From: an uncultured Candidatus Saccharibacteria bacterium
GTDB taxonomy: Bacteria; Patescibacteriota; Minisyncoccia; UBA6257; UBA11618
Direction of reading: 5' to 3'
DNA: 62,611 bases
Assembly (NCBI GenBank): GCA_964362125.1
Contig: CAYICS010000004.1
Coordinates: 1 to 62,611, forward strand
Below are positions 30,552 to 41,035 of the stretch, piece by piece. The notes below the pieces were generated by a model. It was given only the letters and a program-made list of their open reading frames with translations, had not been told where the DNA came from and did no database searches. The first letter of the stretch is position 1. Each line of letters starts with the position of its first letter. The position numbers and the translations under genes are program-made.

Positions 30552-30868
30552 TCTCCCACGAGGATTTTCTAAAATTAGACCTGCGCGTTGGGAAGGTTTT
30601 GAAAGCGGAGCGGGTAGAGGAATCAAAGAAAATGCTTCGCTTGGAGGTGGATTTAGGCGATGAAAGACGGCAGGTGGTGGCGGGTGTGGGTCTGGTTTAT
30701 AATCCAGAAGATCTAGTTGGTCGGCAGATTATAGTTTTAGTTAATCTTGAGCCGAAAGTTTTTGTTGGCGTAGAAAGTCAAGGGATGCTGTTGGCGGCTG
30801 ACACCGTTGGTGGCCCGGTGATTTTGTTGCCAGAGAAAGAAGTACCGCCGGGAACAAAGATCAAATAG
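30548..30868 (+). CDS. tRNA-binding OB-fold protein (Trbp111/CsaA/MetRS C-terminal domain family)
   Basis: [27 protein letters not shown]. Confidence 0.9.
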   Translation: MISHEDFLKLDLRVGKVLKAERVEESKKMLRLEVDLGDERRQVVAGVGLVYNPEDLVGRQIIVLVNLEPKVFVGVESQGMLLAADTVGGPVILLPEKEVPPGTKIK

Positions 30869-30960
30869 TAGATGTTTGGGGGTTTCACCCCCAAACATTG
30901 GGAATCCCACTTCCTTCTTGCCTTTGATCACGTCTGGAGTATTATTATTAGTTTAATCAT

Positions 30961-32232
30961 ATGGATAATCCGGATAATCAGCCGCGGGCTTTAGATCGCC
31001 GTGTCATTATCAAACTCTCCATCGTTTTCGCCTTTATTTACTTTTTCTCCACCAATGGCTTGGCTTCATTGCCGGGGATTACGGTTAGTTTTCTTCTTAA
31101 AGACGTTTTGAAGATGACAGCCACCGCCGCCAGCTACTTCGGCGCAGTCACTATTTTCGGCTGGGCCATTAAGCCGCTCTGGGGAATTATTTCTGATACC
31201 CTCCCGATTTTTGGCTATCGGCGCAAGTCTTATTTGATTCTCACGGCTATTCTGGCCGCTATCATCTGGTTTTATCTTGGTCAGGTTGAAAACTACACTA
31301 TCCGCCTGCTTTTAATTTTCTTCACCCTCTCTTCTTTTGCTTATGCCTTTATGGATGTCATCTGCGACGCCTTAATGGTGGAGAAAGGCAAACCGCACAA
31401 TCTCACCGGCCGGTTTCAGTCAGTGCAGTGGACATCGGTTTATATTGCCTCCATCATCAGCGCTTTGGCCGGGGGCTGGGTGGCGGAAAATTTAAAGCCG
31501 CAGACGGTTTTTTCCATCAATGGCGTTTTCCCTTTGATTATTCTGGGTTCGATCCTCCTTTTTATTAAAGAAGAGCGGCTGGTGGAGCCGAGAAGCGAAC
31601 GCCTGCGGAAAAGTTGGGGAGCCTTGAAGCAGGTTTTTCTCCAGCCGACATTCTGGCTGCTGGGCTTCTTTCTTTTCTTTTGGACTTTTAGTCCGTCGTT
31701 TGGCACACCCTTTTTCTATTATTCTGTGGACACTTTGAAGTTTGACCCATTCTTTTTAGGAATTGTCGGAGCGGTTGCTTCGGCCACCGCGGCTCTGGGC
31801 GCTATTCTATATTCCCGCTCTTATGAAAAAATTAATACCCGTTCTTTAGTGCGGCTGATGATTCTGGTCGGCATCTTCGCCACCCTTTTTGATTTTGTTT
31901 ATTTCCTGCCGGCGGTGGTGGAGAATCCGATGCTGGCTCGGGTTATTTATATGGGTTCAGCTGGGATTTTGGGAATTATCGGCGCCATTACTTTTTTGGT
32001 GATGATGAATTCGGCGGCTTTGGCTGTTCCTCAATACGGGGAGGGAACGGCTTTTGCTTTACTGGCTTCTTTCTGGAATATTGGCCTGATGAGTTCTGCC
32101 GCTATCGGCGGTTATCTTTTTAGCAAGATCGGTCTTCAGCCGCTGATTTTAGTTTCAGCTGTCTTCACCGCCGCCGCCTGGTTTATTCTGCCATTTATGA
32201 AATTTGCTGATGAATCAAGAGCAACTAATTAA
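30961..32232 (+). CDS. MFS transporter, BT1/folate-biopterin-like
   Basis: About 12 TM; WAIKPLWGIISD..PIFGYRRKSY, DVICDALMVE. Confidence 0.85.
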   Translation: MDNPDNQPRALDRRVIIKLSIVFAFIYFFSTNGLASLPGITVSFLLKDVLKMTATAASYFGAVTIFGWAIKPLWGIISDTLPIFGYRRKSYLILTAILAAIIWFYLGQVENYTIRLLLIFFTLSSFAYAFMDVICDALMVEKGKPHNLTGRFQSVQWTSVYIASIISALAGGWVAENLKPQTVFSINGVFPLIILGSILLFIKEERLVEPRSERLRKSWGALKQVFLQPTFWLLGFFLFFWTFSPSFGTPFFYYSVDTLKFDPFFLGIVGAVASATAALGAILYSRSYEKINTRSLVRLMILVGIFATLFDFVYFLPAVVENPMLARVIYMGSAGILGIIGAITFLVMMNSAALAVPQYGEGTAFALLASFWNIGLMSSAAIGGYLFSKIGLQPLILVSAVFTAAAWFILPFMKFADESRATN

Positions 32233-32854
32233 AGATTTAATTGACGACGGCTATCTGCGGACACCGCGGCTGATTGAAGCTTTTAGAAAAGTTGATCGCA
32301 AAGATTTTGTACCGGAGGAGATCAAGGATTTAGCTTATATCAATGAAGCCCTGCCCATTGGCTATGGCCAGACAATTTCCCAGCCGCTGACTGTGGCTTT
32401 TATGCTGGAGCGATTACAGCCCCAGCCGGGAGAGAAAATCTTGGATATCGGGACAGGGTCGGGGTGGGCAACAGCTCTCCTGGCTTACGTGGTAAGCCAA
32501 GAGGTTGAAAGTTTAAAGTTTAAAGTTAAAAATTTAGGAAAAGTTATTTCGATAGAGACCATAGCGGAACTTCATCAACTGGCGAAAAAAAATCTGGCGA
32601 AGTTTAAAGATTTAAATATTGAACTGATTTTAGGCGACGGCGCTGATGGTTATCAGCCGGAAGCCCCTTACGATAAGATTATTTCCGGAGCGGCGGCGGC
32701 TGAGGTGCCAGTGGCGTGGAAACAACAGCTTAAAATCGGCGGCCGCCTGCTCACCCCGCTGCGAACCAATGTTTTATTGCAAATAGATAAGATTGCCGAA
32801 GATAAATTTGAAGAAAAAGAATATCCGGGATTTGTCTTTGTGCCGCTTGTATAA
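32210..32854 (+). CDS. pcm: Protein-L-isoaspartate O-methyltransferase
   Basis: YINEALPIGYGQTISQP, LDIGTGSGW, APYDKI. Confidence 0.93.
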   Translation: MNQEQLIKDLIDDGYLRTPRLIEAFRKVDRKDFVPEEIKDLAYINEALPIGYGQTISQPLTVAFMLERLQPQPGEKILDIGTGSGWATALLAYVVSQEVESLKFKVKNLGKVISIETIAELHQLAKKNLAKFKDLNIELILGDGADGYQPEAPYDKIISGAAAAEVPVAWKQQLKIGGRLLTPLRTNVLLQIDKIAEDKFEEKEYPGFVFVPLV

Positions 32855-33020
32855 ATTGGTAACCCCGCAGCATGCAAGTATGTGCGGGGTTAATGTTGCT
32901 TAACCTCCCCCGACTGCGGTCGGGGTCGGGATGAACCATTAAAAAAACAAAGCCCGCCACCTCCAATCAAGCGAGCCTTGTCTGCGATAGAACTCGCTTG
33001 AGTTGCTGTGATGACGGGCC

Positions 33021-33593
33021 TTACGCTTGAGCTTCCCGTTGCATCTGTTGATGGGCGATTGCTCGCTCCACCATCGGCACCAGGTCGCCCTTGGCGAAAA
33101 GGACTTTTTGGAGGTTGTTGTTCCAGATCTGATACCCACATTGCTTTGCTCCCCTGGCAAAGGATTCGACGAAAACTACCAGGGAGTTCATGGTGAGGAC
33201 ATTTTCAGCCTCGCCAAGACTCTCCTTGAGCACAACCATCCCATGACCGACCGCTCTCAGTAGAGGCTCGACCTTTTCCGGTCTGACCTCAAGGTGAAAA
33301 CAGGGCCTCGACGCTCCCTTCTGAGCAATGTCAATCAGGTTTCTTACCCCATTCAGTTCCTGCCTTTCCTTGAGTTCAGCCTTCAGCTGATCCTTGTTCA
33401 TGTTAGGATCCCGCTGGCCAACCTCGATTTGGTAGTCCAGGAGCTCGAGGACTGGGGCAATGACCTTCAGGAGTCGCCCCAGCATCAGAGGATCAACTTC
33501 GACGTTGATCGCCCTCTTGATCGTCCCACCGGCCAGAATAAAGCTCGCCGAAAACCGATGCAGATGCTCAGCCACTTCCTCGATTCGGGACAT
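33021..33593 (-). CDS. Hypothetical protein
   Basis: 190-aa ORF with an RBS (GGAGG) and a divergent promoter; no motif recognised. Confidence 0.6.
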   Translation of the reverse strand: MSRIEEVAEHLHRFSASFILAGGTIKRAINVEVDPLMLGRLLKVIAPVLELLDYQIEVGQRDPNMNKDQLKAELKERQELNGVRNLIDIAQKGASRPCFHLEVRPEKVEPLLRAVGHGMVVLKESLGEAENVLTMNSLVVFVESFARGAKQCGYQIWNNNLQKVLFAKGDLVPMVERAIAHQQMQREAQA

Positions 33594-33680
33594 GGTGACT
33601 TACCTCCTTTCTCCCAATCTATCGAAGAGCTGATGATCACGACACGCTCGTGATCTTTTCTGACTTAATGATAGTCCTCT

Positions 33681-33709
33681 TGACAGGTTTGTCAAGCCCC
33701 TCTATACTT
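33681..33709 (+). promoter_or_regulatory. sigma70 promoter of tuf
   Basis: TTGACA-N17-TATACT; -35 lies within the palindrome CTTGACA...TGTCAAG. Confidence 0.75.
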
Positions 33710-33752
33710 CACTATTGTCGGTCGAATTTTTTTGTCCTAAAATTTAATTAAT

Positions 33753-34952
33753 ATGGCAGAAAAAGCTAAATTTGAAAGAACCAAGCCCCACGTCAACGTG
33801 GGCACTATTGGTCACGTTGACCATGGTAAATCTACCCTCACTGCCGCCATCACCCATGTCTTGAAAATGAAGGGGTTGACTGGCAAGGAGGTGACTGTCG
33901 ATGAATTAGATAAAAGCCCTGAAGAAAAAGCCCGGGGTATTACCATTTCTATTCATCATTCGGAATACGAGTCGGAGAAGCGTCACTACGCCCACATCGA
34001 TGCCCCCGGTCATGCTGACTACATCAAAAACATGATTACCGGCGCCGCCCAGATGGATGGCGCGGTCTTGGTGGTTTCCGCCACTGATGGGCCAATGCCC
34101 CAAACCCGCGAGCATATTCTCTTGGCTCGTCAGGTGGGCGTGCCGGCGATCGTTGTTTTCTTAAATAAAGTTGATCAGGTGACTGATCCGGAGTTGGTTG
34201 ATTTAGTGGAGTCTGAAGTCCGTGAACTCTTAAAGAAATATGAATTTCCCGGCGATCAAACGCCGGTGATTCGTGGTTCTGGTTTAAAGGCCTTGGAAGC
34301 TAAATCATTGGATGATCCGGCAGTTAAACCCATTCTTGATTTGGTTGAGGCTTTAGACAACTACATCCCGGAGCCGGTGCGGGAGATTGACAAGCCCTTC
34401 CTGATGCCGATTGAAGATATTTTCTCAATCGAGGGTCGGGGAACAGTGGTTACCGGCCGGGTAGAGAGGGGTGTTGTCAAAGTCAACGAAGAAATTGAAA
34501 TTGTCGGTTTGCGGCCAACAGCTAAGACTGTAGTCACTGGCGTGGAAATGTTTAACAAATTATTGGATGAGGGCCGGGCCGGCGATAACATCGGGGTTTT
34601 ACTGCGGGGCACCAAAAAAGAAGAGGTGGAGAGGGGGCAAGTCCTGGCCAAGCCGGGCACGGTCAACCCTCACACCGAATTTGAGGCCGAAGTTTACGTC
34701 TTAAGCAAAGAAGAAGGCGGTCGGCACACTCCTTTCTTTAAGGGCTACAAACCCCAGTTTTATATGCGGACTACTGACGTTACCGGTGAAGTAGAAATGC
34801 CGGCTGGCACTGAGATGGTTATGCCCGGTGATACTGTTTCCATTAAAATTAAACTGATTGCTCCGGTGGCGCTGGAAGAGAAACAGCGTTTTGCTATCAG
34901 GGAGGGCGGCAAGACTGTGGGAGCGGGCGTCGTGACTAAAATTATTACTTAA
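33753..34952 (+). CDS. tuf: Elongation factor Tu
   Basis: [29 protein letters not shown]. Confidence 0.99.
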   Translation: MAEKAKFERTKPHVNVGTIGHVDHGKSTLTAAITHVLKMKGLTGKEVTVDELDKSPEEKARGITISIHHSEYESEKRHYAHIDAPGHADYIKNMITGAAQMDGAVLVVSATDGPMPQTREHILLARQVGVPAIVVFLNKVDQVTDPELVDLVESEVRELLKKYEFPGDQTPVIRGSGLKALEAKSLDDPAVKPILDLVEALDNYIPEPVREIDKPFLMPIEDIFSIEGRGTVVTGRVERGVVKVNEEIEIVGLRPTAKTVVTGVEMFNKLLDEGRAGDNIGVLLRGTKKEEVERGQVLAKPGTVNPHTEFEAEVYVLSKEEGGRHTPFFKGYKPQFYMRTTDVTGEVEMPAGTEMVMPGDTVSIKIKLIAPVALEEKQRFAIREGGKTVGAGVVTKIIT

Positions 34953-34972
34953 ACCTTATAGCCTTACGGCTC

Positions 34973-35320
34973 ATGGCCAAAACATCAGCACCTCGAAAAA
35001 AAGAAGAAGAAGTCAAGCAGAAACTGCGGCTGCGCATCAAGGCTTATGATAATAAGCTCATTGATAGCTCAACCAAACAGATTGTTGATACTGCCCGCAG
35101 ATTTGACGCTGAGGTTATCGGGCCAATTCCTTTACCGACAGAAATTCATCGCTACACCGTCAATCGTTCCACTAACATTGATAAAGATTCAAGAGAGCAA
35201 TTTGAACTTCGCATCCACAAGCGGCTGATTGATATTGTCAACATCAGCCAGAATCTGGTGGACGCCTTGGGAAAATTAAATTTGCCGCCCGGGGTGGATA
35301 TTGAGATTAAAATGCTTTAA
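34973..35320 (+). CDS. rpsJ: 30S ribosomal protein S10
   Basis: [21 protein letters not shown]. Confidence 0.98.
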   Translation: MAKTSAPRKKEEEVKQKLRLRIKAYDNKLIDSSTKQIVDTARRFDAEVIGPIPLPTEIHRYTVNRSTNIDKDSREQFELRIHKRLIDIVNISQNLVDALGKLNLPPGVDIEIKML

Positions 35321-35445
35321 CGCGATTCGAAAAATCCCTGCCCGCCAGCGGCTTGAGCCCCGCCTGCAGACGCCTGGAGCATCAGCGACTGGCGGGCAGG
35401 CGCAGGCACTGGCAGGCGGGCGAATCCATCCGAATGATCCGAATA
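35321..35445. repeat. Nested repeat cluster containing the 42-bp GC element (35359-35400)
   Basis: 42-mer inside CCTGCCCGCCAG/CTGGCAGGCGGG, inside ATTCG/CGAAT arms. Confidence 0.8.
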
Positions 35446-35582
35446 AAATAATTTGGAATTTATAGTTTAGAGTTTTAATAGTGGGGGTGCCATTGTTTGA
35501 CTTTGAGAATTGTGCTAGTCTTCTTCTTGAAGTTCTTTTTACCGCATCTTTTTATTTTTGTCAAACGAAAGGAGAGTATGCC

Positions 35583-36848
35583 ATGCTGCAGTTTGAACGG
35601 ATTGATGGTCCCTATGGCATCCCGGTGTATTTTCAGCCGCTGCCGGAGACCATCGGACCGATTGGTCTCCGTTGGCTCGTCTTCGTGGGCAGCGCCGACG
35701 ACCCGAGCGTCGGACTTCCGGGTCTGTATCACTGGTTTGAGCACGTTCCTTTCCGCGGCACCGTCCGCTATCCAGGCGGGTATGCTGACACTATTGGGCG
35801 GTTCAGACGTTATGGGGGGTACTTGAATGCGCATACGAGCAAGACGCGAACGGCGTATTACGGCTTCGTCCCTCGGGCGCACTGGTGGGAAGCGCTGGAC
35901 GTTCTCACCGATCTTATCGCCCAGCCGCTCCTCACCGAGGACGGCATCAACAGTGAGCGTGAGATCATTCGCGATGAGCAGAACCGCGCCCGCTCGAAGC
36001 CGGACAAGTACTTTTGGCAGACGAAGGGAGAGCATCTTTTCTCTGGCCATCCATTAGCCCATCCAGTCCTCGGCACGGACGACACACTTACGCGCATGGG
36101 GACTGGACTCCTCCGGCAGGCGCACGGTTGCGGCTACAGCCGCAGCCGCTGCGTACTCCTCGTGTCCGGTGCTCTCGATCGTACAGAGCTGTTCGACGCG
36201 GTCGCGGAGCAGGCCGCGCGTATCCCCGAGCTCGTCGTCGCCGAGCGTCGGCTGCCGGCGTGCTATGCGCCGCTTCCACCGTGGCCGGCTGGCCGCACCT
36301 TCACGGTGGATACGCCATTCCCTTCTTCACTGGTGGCGCTCTTTTTCCCGGTGCCCGCGCGGCCGCCGAATATGTTTCACCGGGCGTGGGCTTTTCTCAA
36401 AGCACTCTTTGAAACGGGGGGACTAAATTCACCACTCCTCCGGATTCTCCGTGAGCAGCGGAATCTGGTCTATTCCGCGTGGGTGACCACCTCTTGGGAT
36501 CCCGATGGCGGTATCTGGGGTTTCCGAGCTGAGACTCGGCCGGAACACATTGATGCAGTTCTTCGAGGATTCTGGGATGTCCTCTGTGATGCTCATGTCC
36601 ACTCGCAGGATTGGGAGGACTACGTGCGTGACGCCATCCGGAGTCTGGCGCGCATGCGGGTGGCGCATCCGGATGACTCGACCAAAGACGGTGAGGACCG
36701 CTTGGTGGAGTACGGGCGCCCCATGAGCGACGTCGAGCTGGAGGCCGAACTGCTTTCTGTCACTCGGGAAGAAGTACTGTCCCTTCTCGACACACTGACG
36801 CCTGAGCGCGCCTGCATCCTCATCTACCGCGGCCTCGACAAGACGTAG
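35583..36848 (+). CDS. M16 (pitrilysin-family) zinc peptidase
   Basis: HWFEH inverted zincin motif, LNAHTS, REQRNLVYS; visibly more GC-rich than its neighbours. Confidence 0.9.
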   Translation: MLQFERIDGPYGIPVYFQPLPETIGPIGLRWLVFVGSADDPSVGLPGLYHWFEHVPFRGTVRYPGGYADTIGRFRRYGGYLNAHTSKTRTAYYGFVPRAHWWEALDVLTDLIAQPLLTEDGINSEREIIRDEQNRARSKPDKYFWQTKGEHLFSGHPLAHPVLGTDDTLTRMGTGLLRQAHGCGYSRSRCVLLVSGALDRTELFDAVAEQAARIPELVVAERRLPACYAPLPPWPAGRTFTVDTPFPSSLVALFFPVPARPPNMFHRAWAFLKALFETGGLNSPLLRILREQRNLVYSAWVTTSWDPDGGIWGFRAETRPEHIDAVLRGFWDVLCDAHVHSQDWEDYVRDAIRSLARMRVAHPDDSTKDGEDRLVEYGRPMSDVELEAELLSVTREEVLSLLDTLTPERACILIYRGLDKT

Positions 36849-36886
36849 GAAGCATAGGAGAAGCCGGATGGTCACGCGGGCCCGCG

Positions 36887-36957
36887 GCAACTTCTGTTGA
36901 CAGCGGGCCTTTTTATTTATTATAAAAAAATAAAAGCCCGACATTTCTGTCGGGCTC
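36887..36957. terminator. Back-to-back terminators for the convergent M16 and GNAT genes
   Basis: GGCCCGC/GCGGGCC plus a T-run (+); AGCCCGACA/TGTCGGGCT with an A-run (-). Confidence 0.6.
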
Positions 36958-36984
36958 TATCTCCCCTTTTCCTCATTTCTTGGT

Positions 36985-37557
36985 TTAAGTGGAGGTGACG
37001 GCTGCAGCCTTTGGTTCATCTTGAGAGGCAGTATCCTTTGCTGATTTCCAGAGATAGAGTAGGCCTCGGGGCAGACGAGGTTCATTGTGATATTTGTAGA
37101 TTTCAGTCGCATCTCCATCTGCGGTCTGGAATCCTGTCTTCTGCCAGAAAGGACAGCTTAATATCTTCGGGCTATCTGTTATGACTTCAATGACTTGTTT
37201 TTTGGCGCTGAGTTGGTTTTTGAGATTATCAAGTAAAGCTGTGCCCACTCCCCGGTGACGAAAGTTAGGATGAACAGCAATGTTAGTGAGGGCTATTTTG
37301 CCAGCTGATATCACCCACGGCCGGAGATGATATATCAGAAACCCCACTACTACTTGTTTATGAAGAGCCACTTTACCTAATGTGTCTTCTCGTTGCATGA
37401 GCCTTGTCACAGTTTCTGAGTTCCAAGGTTCGTCGTAGCTTTGCCTTTCGATTTCAGAAACTTGATCCAAGTGCCCAGGAAGCATCAAGCTAATCTTGAT
37501 CGGCAATCTTTCTTTACTCATAACCCACTCCTTAATTTGAGGTACAATGTAAGTCAC
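36985..37557 (-). CDS. GNAT acetyltransferase, RimI-like
   Basis: IERQSYDEPW, NIAVHPNFRHRGVGTALL, FWQKTGF. Confidence 0.8.
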   Translation of the reverse strand: MTYIVPQIKEWVMSKERLPIKISLMLPGHLDQVSEIERQSYDEPWNSETVTRLMQREDTLGKVALHKQVVVGFLIYHLRPWVISAGKIALTNIAVHPNFRHRGVGTALLDNLKNQLSAKKQVIEVITDSPKILSCPFWQKTGFQTADGDATEIYKYHNEPRLPRGLLYLWKSAKDTASQDEPKAAAVTST

Positions 37558-37578
37558 ACGACTTACTCAAAAAGATTA

Positions 37579-37626
37579 TAGTTAGCCAAGACTGCTATTG
37601 TCAAGAAAACCTCTTTATTCTATAGT
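37579..37626. promoter_or_regulatory. Overlapping divergent sigma70 promoters (GNAT / rplC)
   Basis: TTGTCA-N17-TATAGT on + and TTGACA-N18-TATAAT on -, sharing the -35 region. Confidence 0.65.
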
Positions 37627-37637
37627 TAAAAACTATC

Positions 37638-38060
37638 ATGTCTAAGCTAACCGGCAAAAAAGTTAATATGACCCAAATCTGGAAAGACGACAAAGTCGTT
37701 CCGGTTACTATTGTTAAACTTGACGAGAAAAGCGACCCGGCTGGATTGGAGGCCGGTAAATTGGTTAAGGTCAGCGGCACCAGTAAGGGCAAGGGTTTTC
37801 AGGGCGTGGTTAAAAGATGGAGCTTTGCCGGCGGGCCTAAGACCCATGGTCAGAAAAATCGGATGAGAGCCCCGGGTTCCATAGGTAGTACCGCGCCCCA
37901 GCGGGTTGTTCCGGGCAGAAAGATGCCCGGCCATATGGGTGGGGAAAGAGTGACGGTGAAGAATCTGCTCGTGGTTGAGGTGAAGCCGGAATCAAGAGAA
38001 GTTTTGTTAAAGGGAGCGGTGCCGGGGAATAGAAATAGCCGAATAGAAATTCGGCTTTAA
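37638..38060 (+). CDS. rplC: 50S ribosomal protein L3 (short form, 140 aa)
   Basis: GKK..MTQI, SKGKGFQGVVKRW, PGSIG, MPGHMG. Confidence 0.95.
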   Translation: MSKLTGKKVNMTQIWKDDKVVPVTIVKLDEKSDPAGLEAGKLVKVSGTSKGKGFQGVVKRWSFAGGPKTHGQKNRMRAPGSIGSTAPQRVVPGRKMPGHMGGERVTVKNLLVVEVKPESREVLLKGAVPGNRNSRIEIRL

Positions 38061-38187
38061 ATTTTCAATATCCAATACCCAATTCTCAATGAAATGTTAA
38101 ATGTCCAATGCCACAAATAATTTTAACCATTTATCATTTTATCATTAGAAATTTTGTTGGAAATTGGAAATTGGTAATTGGAAATTA
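38060..38187. repeat. Heptamer-array hairpin (TTTCCAA/TTGGAAA type)
   Basis: Inverted arms fill the rplC-rplD spacer. Confidence 0.8.
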
Positions 38188-38190
38188 ACT

Positions 38191-38784
38191 ATGAAAACAA
38201 ATATCTACAATAGACAAAATGAAGTGGTAGGCGAGATTGAATTACCAGATGCTATCTTTGCCCGCCCTTGGAATCCCGATCTAGTCCACCAAATCTTGGT
38301 GGCAATGGCCGCTAATCGGCGCCAGCCGCTGGCTCACACTAAAGGCCGGGGCGAGGTGCGCGGCGGCGGCAAAAAGCCGTGGCGGCAAAAAGGGACGGGC
38401 CGGGCGCGGCATGGTTCTATTCGTTCACCGATCTGGAAGGGCGGCGGCGTCACTTTTGGTCCGACTAAAGAAAAAATCTTTGCTAAAAAAATTCCTAAAA
38501 AGATGCGCAAGGCAGCTTTGTATTCGGCGCTTTCCCAAAAACTGCGCGAGGGCGAGCTGAAAATTATTGATACTCTAAGAATAGAAAAACCCAAAACCCG
38601 CGAACTGCGCTGGCTGCCCAAAAGCGCGCTTTTAGTGCCGGCCAAAGACAATAAATCCATCTACCGCGCCTCGGCTAATCTGCAAAAAGTAAAGGCCTTA
38701 GCCGCTGATTCGCTTAACACCGAGGACGTTTTGAAATACAAAAATGTTTTGATTGAAAAAGAAGCGGTTGCGGCAATAAAGTAA
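38191..38784 (+). CDS. rplD: 50S ribosomal protein L4
   Basis: [28 protein letters not shown]. Confidence 0.98.
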   Translation: MKTNIYNRQNEVVGEIELPDAIFARPWNPDLVHQILVAMAANRRQPLAHTKGRGEVRGGGKKPWRQKGTGRARHGSIRSPIWKGGGVTFGPTKEKIFAKKIPKKMRKAALYSALSQKLREGELKIIDTLRIEKPKTRELRWLPKSALLVPAKDNKSIYRASANLQKVKALAADSLNTEDVLKYKNVLIEKEAVAAIK

Positions 38785-38803
38785 GTCGTTTATAATTAAA
38801 CAG

Positions 38804-39031
38804 ATGATCCAAACTACCTCTACAACAATTAGACTTCCAAAAAAAGCAGCTAAAGGAGGCTGGGTTATTTTGAGTATTGATGAATACCGGCAAATTATGG
38901 AAAAAAATGTGCCGACTTATTATTTAACTGGGAAGAAAGCGAAGGAATTAGATCAGCTGGTAAAAGAAGGATTAAGAGCTTATAGACAGGGTAAGATTAA
39001 GAAGCTTGGGTCTCTAGCCGACCTTAGATGA
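38804..39031 (+). CDS. Putative antitoxin
   Basis: 75 aa, ATGA-coupled to a RelE-like gene. Confidence 0.65.
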   Translation: MIQTTSTTIRLPKKAAKGGWVILSIDEYRQIMEKNVPTYYLTGKKAKELDQLVKEGLRAYRQGKIKKLGSLADLR

Positions 39032-39288
39032 TTGAGATTTTTAGTACGCCCCGATTTGATAAGAATTACAAAAAATTACCAAAAGAAGTAAAGTTAAAGG
39101 CTGAGAAAAAAGAAGGATTTTTTAAGATTAATCCTTTCGATCTTCGACTTAACACCCACAGACTTCATGGAAAAGACAAAACAAACTGGGCTTATTGGGT
39201 AGACTATAAGTATCGAATAAAATTTATTTTTCTAAATGGGAGTAAGGTGCTTTATCTTGACGTCGGCACCCACGATGAGGTTTATTAA
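39028..39288 (+). CDS. RelE/YafQ-like toxin
   Basis: LNTHRLHG...WAYWVDYKYRI.F...DVGTHDEVY. Confidence 0.85.
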   Translation: MIEIFSTPRFDKNYKKLPKEVKLKAEKKEGFFKINPFDLRLNTHRLHGKDKTNWAYWVDYKYRIKFIFLNGSKVLYLDVGTHDEVY

Positions 39289-39332
39289 ATAATACTTGAC
39301 ACCCTAGGGGGGGATGTATATTCATAAGTATT

Positions 39333-40460
39333 ATGAACAAAACGCTTATTTGGGTCATCGTCATCGTGGTTATCGTGGTTGGCGGGTATTTTTTGATAAA
39401 TAAGCCGAAGCCTGAATCGGGTGAGCCGATAAAAATAGGCGGCGCCTTTACTCTTACTGGCATCGCCTCAACTTGGGGAGAGGCTGATAGAAATGCAGCC
39501 ACCTTAGCTATCGAGGAAATTAATAATGGTGGCGGTATCAATGGTAAGTCGGTGGAGTTAGTTGTGGAAAATACTTTTTCAGAGAATGCCAAAACATTAT
39601 CGGCTGTATCTAAATTAGTTGATATTAACGAAGTTATTGCTCTTATAGGGCCAACATGGCTTGATAGTTATCAAAGCGCCGTGCCCTTTGCGGAAGAGAG
39701 AAAAATAGTGATAGTCACTCCTAGCGCTGCCATCACCGCCATTCAAAATCCTAAGAAGTACGATTTTACCTTTTCTACTTGGTATCGCTCGGATGTTGAA
39801 TCAGAAGAGTTGGCTTCTTATTTAGCTAAGACAGGGAAGAAAAAAGTTGTGTTTATGGGGACTAAAGACCCATTTTGGGAGGACGTTTTTAATCATTTTG
39901 AGAAACGTGGCCAAGAGGTCGGGATTGTGGCGGCTGAGAAGTTTTTTGTTAACCCAGACCAATCCGATTTTAGAACTCTTATTACCCGCATTAAATTAAT
40001 TAATCCCGATGTTATATTGGTTGGATTTGCCACGGAGAATAGTTGGCTTGGGTTCTTAAAACAGCGACAAGAGATATATCCACAATCCACATTGTATTCA
40101 ACAGAATCGATTGAAGAATTTATCACCAAAGAAGGCTATGAAGGATTACTCGCCAATACTTTCTTTATTGCTCCAAAGGCCCTAGAGAATGATTTTCCAG
40201 ATCTTTATAAGAAGCGATTCAATGTCGATGCTGTATTTTCAGCTCCAAACGCTTATGATGCAACCAAAATGGTTCTAAAAGCTATAAGTGCTGTTGGTGT
40301 AGATTCAGAAAAAATCAGAGACTATCTAAAGAATAATGAATTTGAGACTGTTACTTTCGGTAAGGTCAGATTTGATGACCTTGGCGGTATTGGCGGTGGT
40401 GATTTTGTTATTAAAGCAGTTAAAGATCGGAAGGCGGAGATAGTTGAGGAGTTGAAATAA
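39333..40460 (+). CDS. LivJ/K-family substrate-binding protein, paralog 3 (orphan, inside the S10 operon)
   Basis: IKIGGAFTLTG, N-terminal TM anchor. Confidence 0.88.
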   Translation: MNKTLIWVIVIVVIVVGGYFLINKPKPESGEPIKIGGAFTLTGIASTWGEADRNAATLAIEEINNGGGINGKSVELVVENTFSENAKTLSAVSKLVDINEVIALIGPTWLDSYQSAVPFAEERKIVIVTPSAAITAIQNPKKYDFTFSTWYRSDVESEELASYLAKTGKKKVVFMGTKDPFWEDVFNHFEKRGQEVGIVAAEKFFVNPDQSDFRTLITRIKLINPDVILVGFATENSWLGFLKQRQEIYPQSTLYSTESIEEFITKEGYEGLLANTFFIAPKALENDFPDLYKKRFNVDAVFSAPNAYDATKMVLKAISAVGVDSEKIRDYLKNNEFETVTFGKVRFDDLGGIGGGDFVIKAVKDRKAEIVEELK

Positions 40461-40537
40461 ATAAAATTACGGCAAATCTTGCCAGAGTAGTTGAAAGGCG
40501 GCTTTAAAAGAAATCTTGATCGTGGTAAAATTGAATA

Positions 40538-41035
40538 ATGAGAAAGAATGAAAATAATTACGCCTTTATTGATAGTCAAAATTTAAATTTATCAATCCGT
40601 TCTCAGGGTTGGATTCTTGACTTTGCAAGGTTTCGCAGATACCTGAAAGATAAATATAAAGTCAATAAAGCTTTTTTATTTATCGGCTATGTTGGCACTA
40701 ACCAAAATTTATATACTTCTCTCCAAAAAGAAGGTTATATTTTAATCTTTAAACCAACTCTTATACTTCCTAATAAAAAAGTGAAAGGCAATGTTGATGC
40801 CGAATTGGTTTTGCATACGATGATCGAATATCCTAATTGTGACAAGGCCCTAATTATTACTGGCGATGGCGATTTTTATTGTTTGATTGATTATTTAATA
40901 GAGAGGAACAAGCTTTTGAAGTTAATGGTTCCTAATAGGTTTAAATTCTCCTCTTTATTAAGAAAATTTATGTCTGATATGGTTTTTATGAATAGTTTAA
41001 AAATAAAACTGGAATATAAAAACAAAAGAGATTAA
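40538..41035 (+). CDS. NYN (LabA/DUF88, PIN-fold) domain protein
   Basis: AFIDSQNL, KGNVDAELV, ITGDGDF. Confidence 0.9.
   Translation: MRKNENNYAFIDSQNLNLSIRSQGWILDFARFRRYLKDKYKVNKAFLFIGYVGTNQNLYTSLQKEGYILIFKPTLILPNKKVKGNVDAELVLHTMIEYPNCDKALIITGDGDFYCLIDYLIERNKLLKLMVPNRFKFSSLLRKFMSDMVFMNSLKIKLEYKNKRD

Noticed and set aside
39296-39322. ACCCTAGGGGGGG in the promoter spacer of the third binding-protein gene, as a CsoR-like operator or phase-variable G tract
   Set aside because: Imperfect match, only 7 G, and no regulator or copper gene nearby; cannot be supported.
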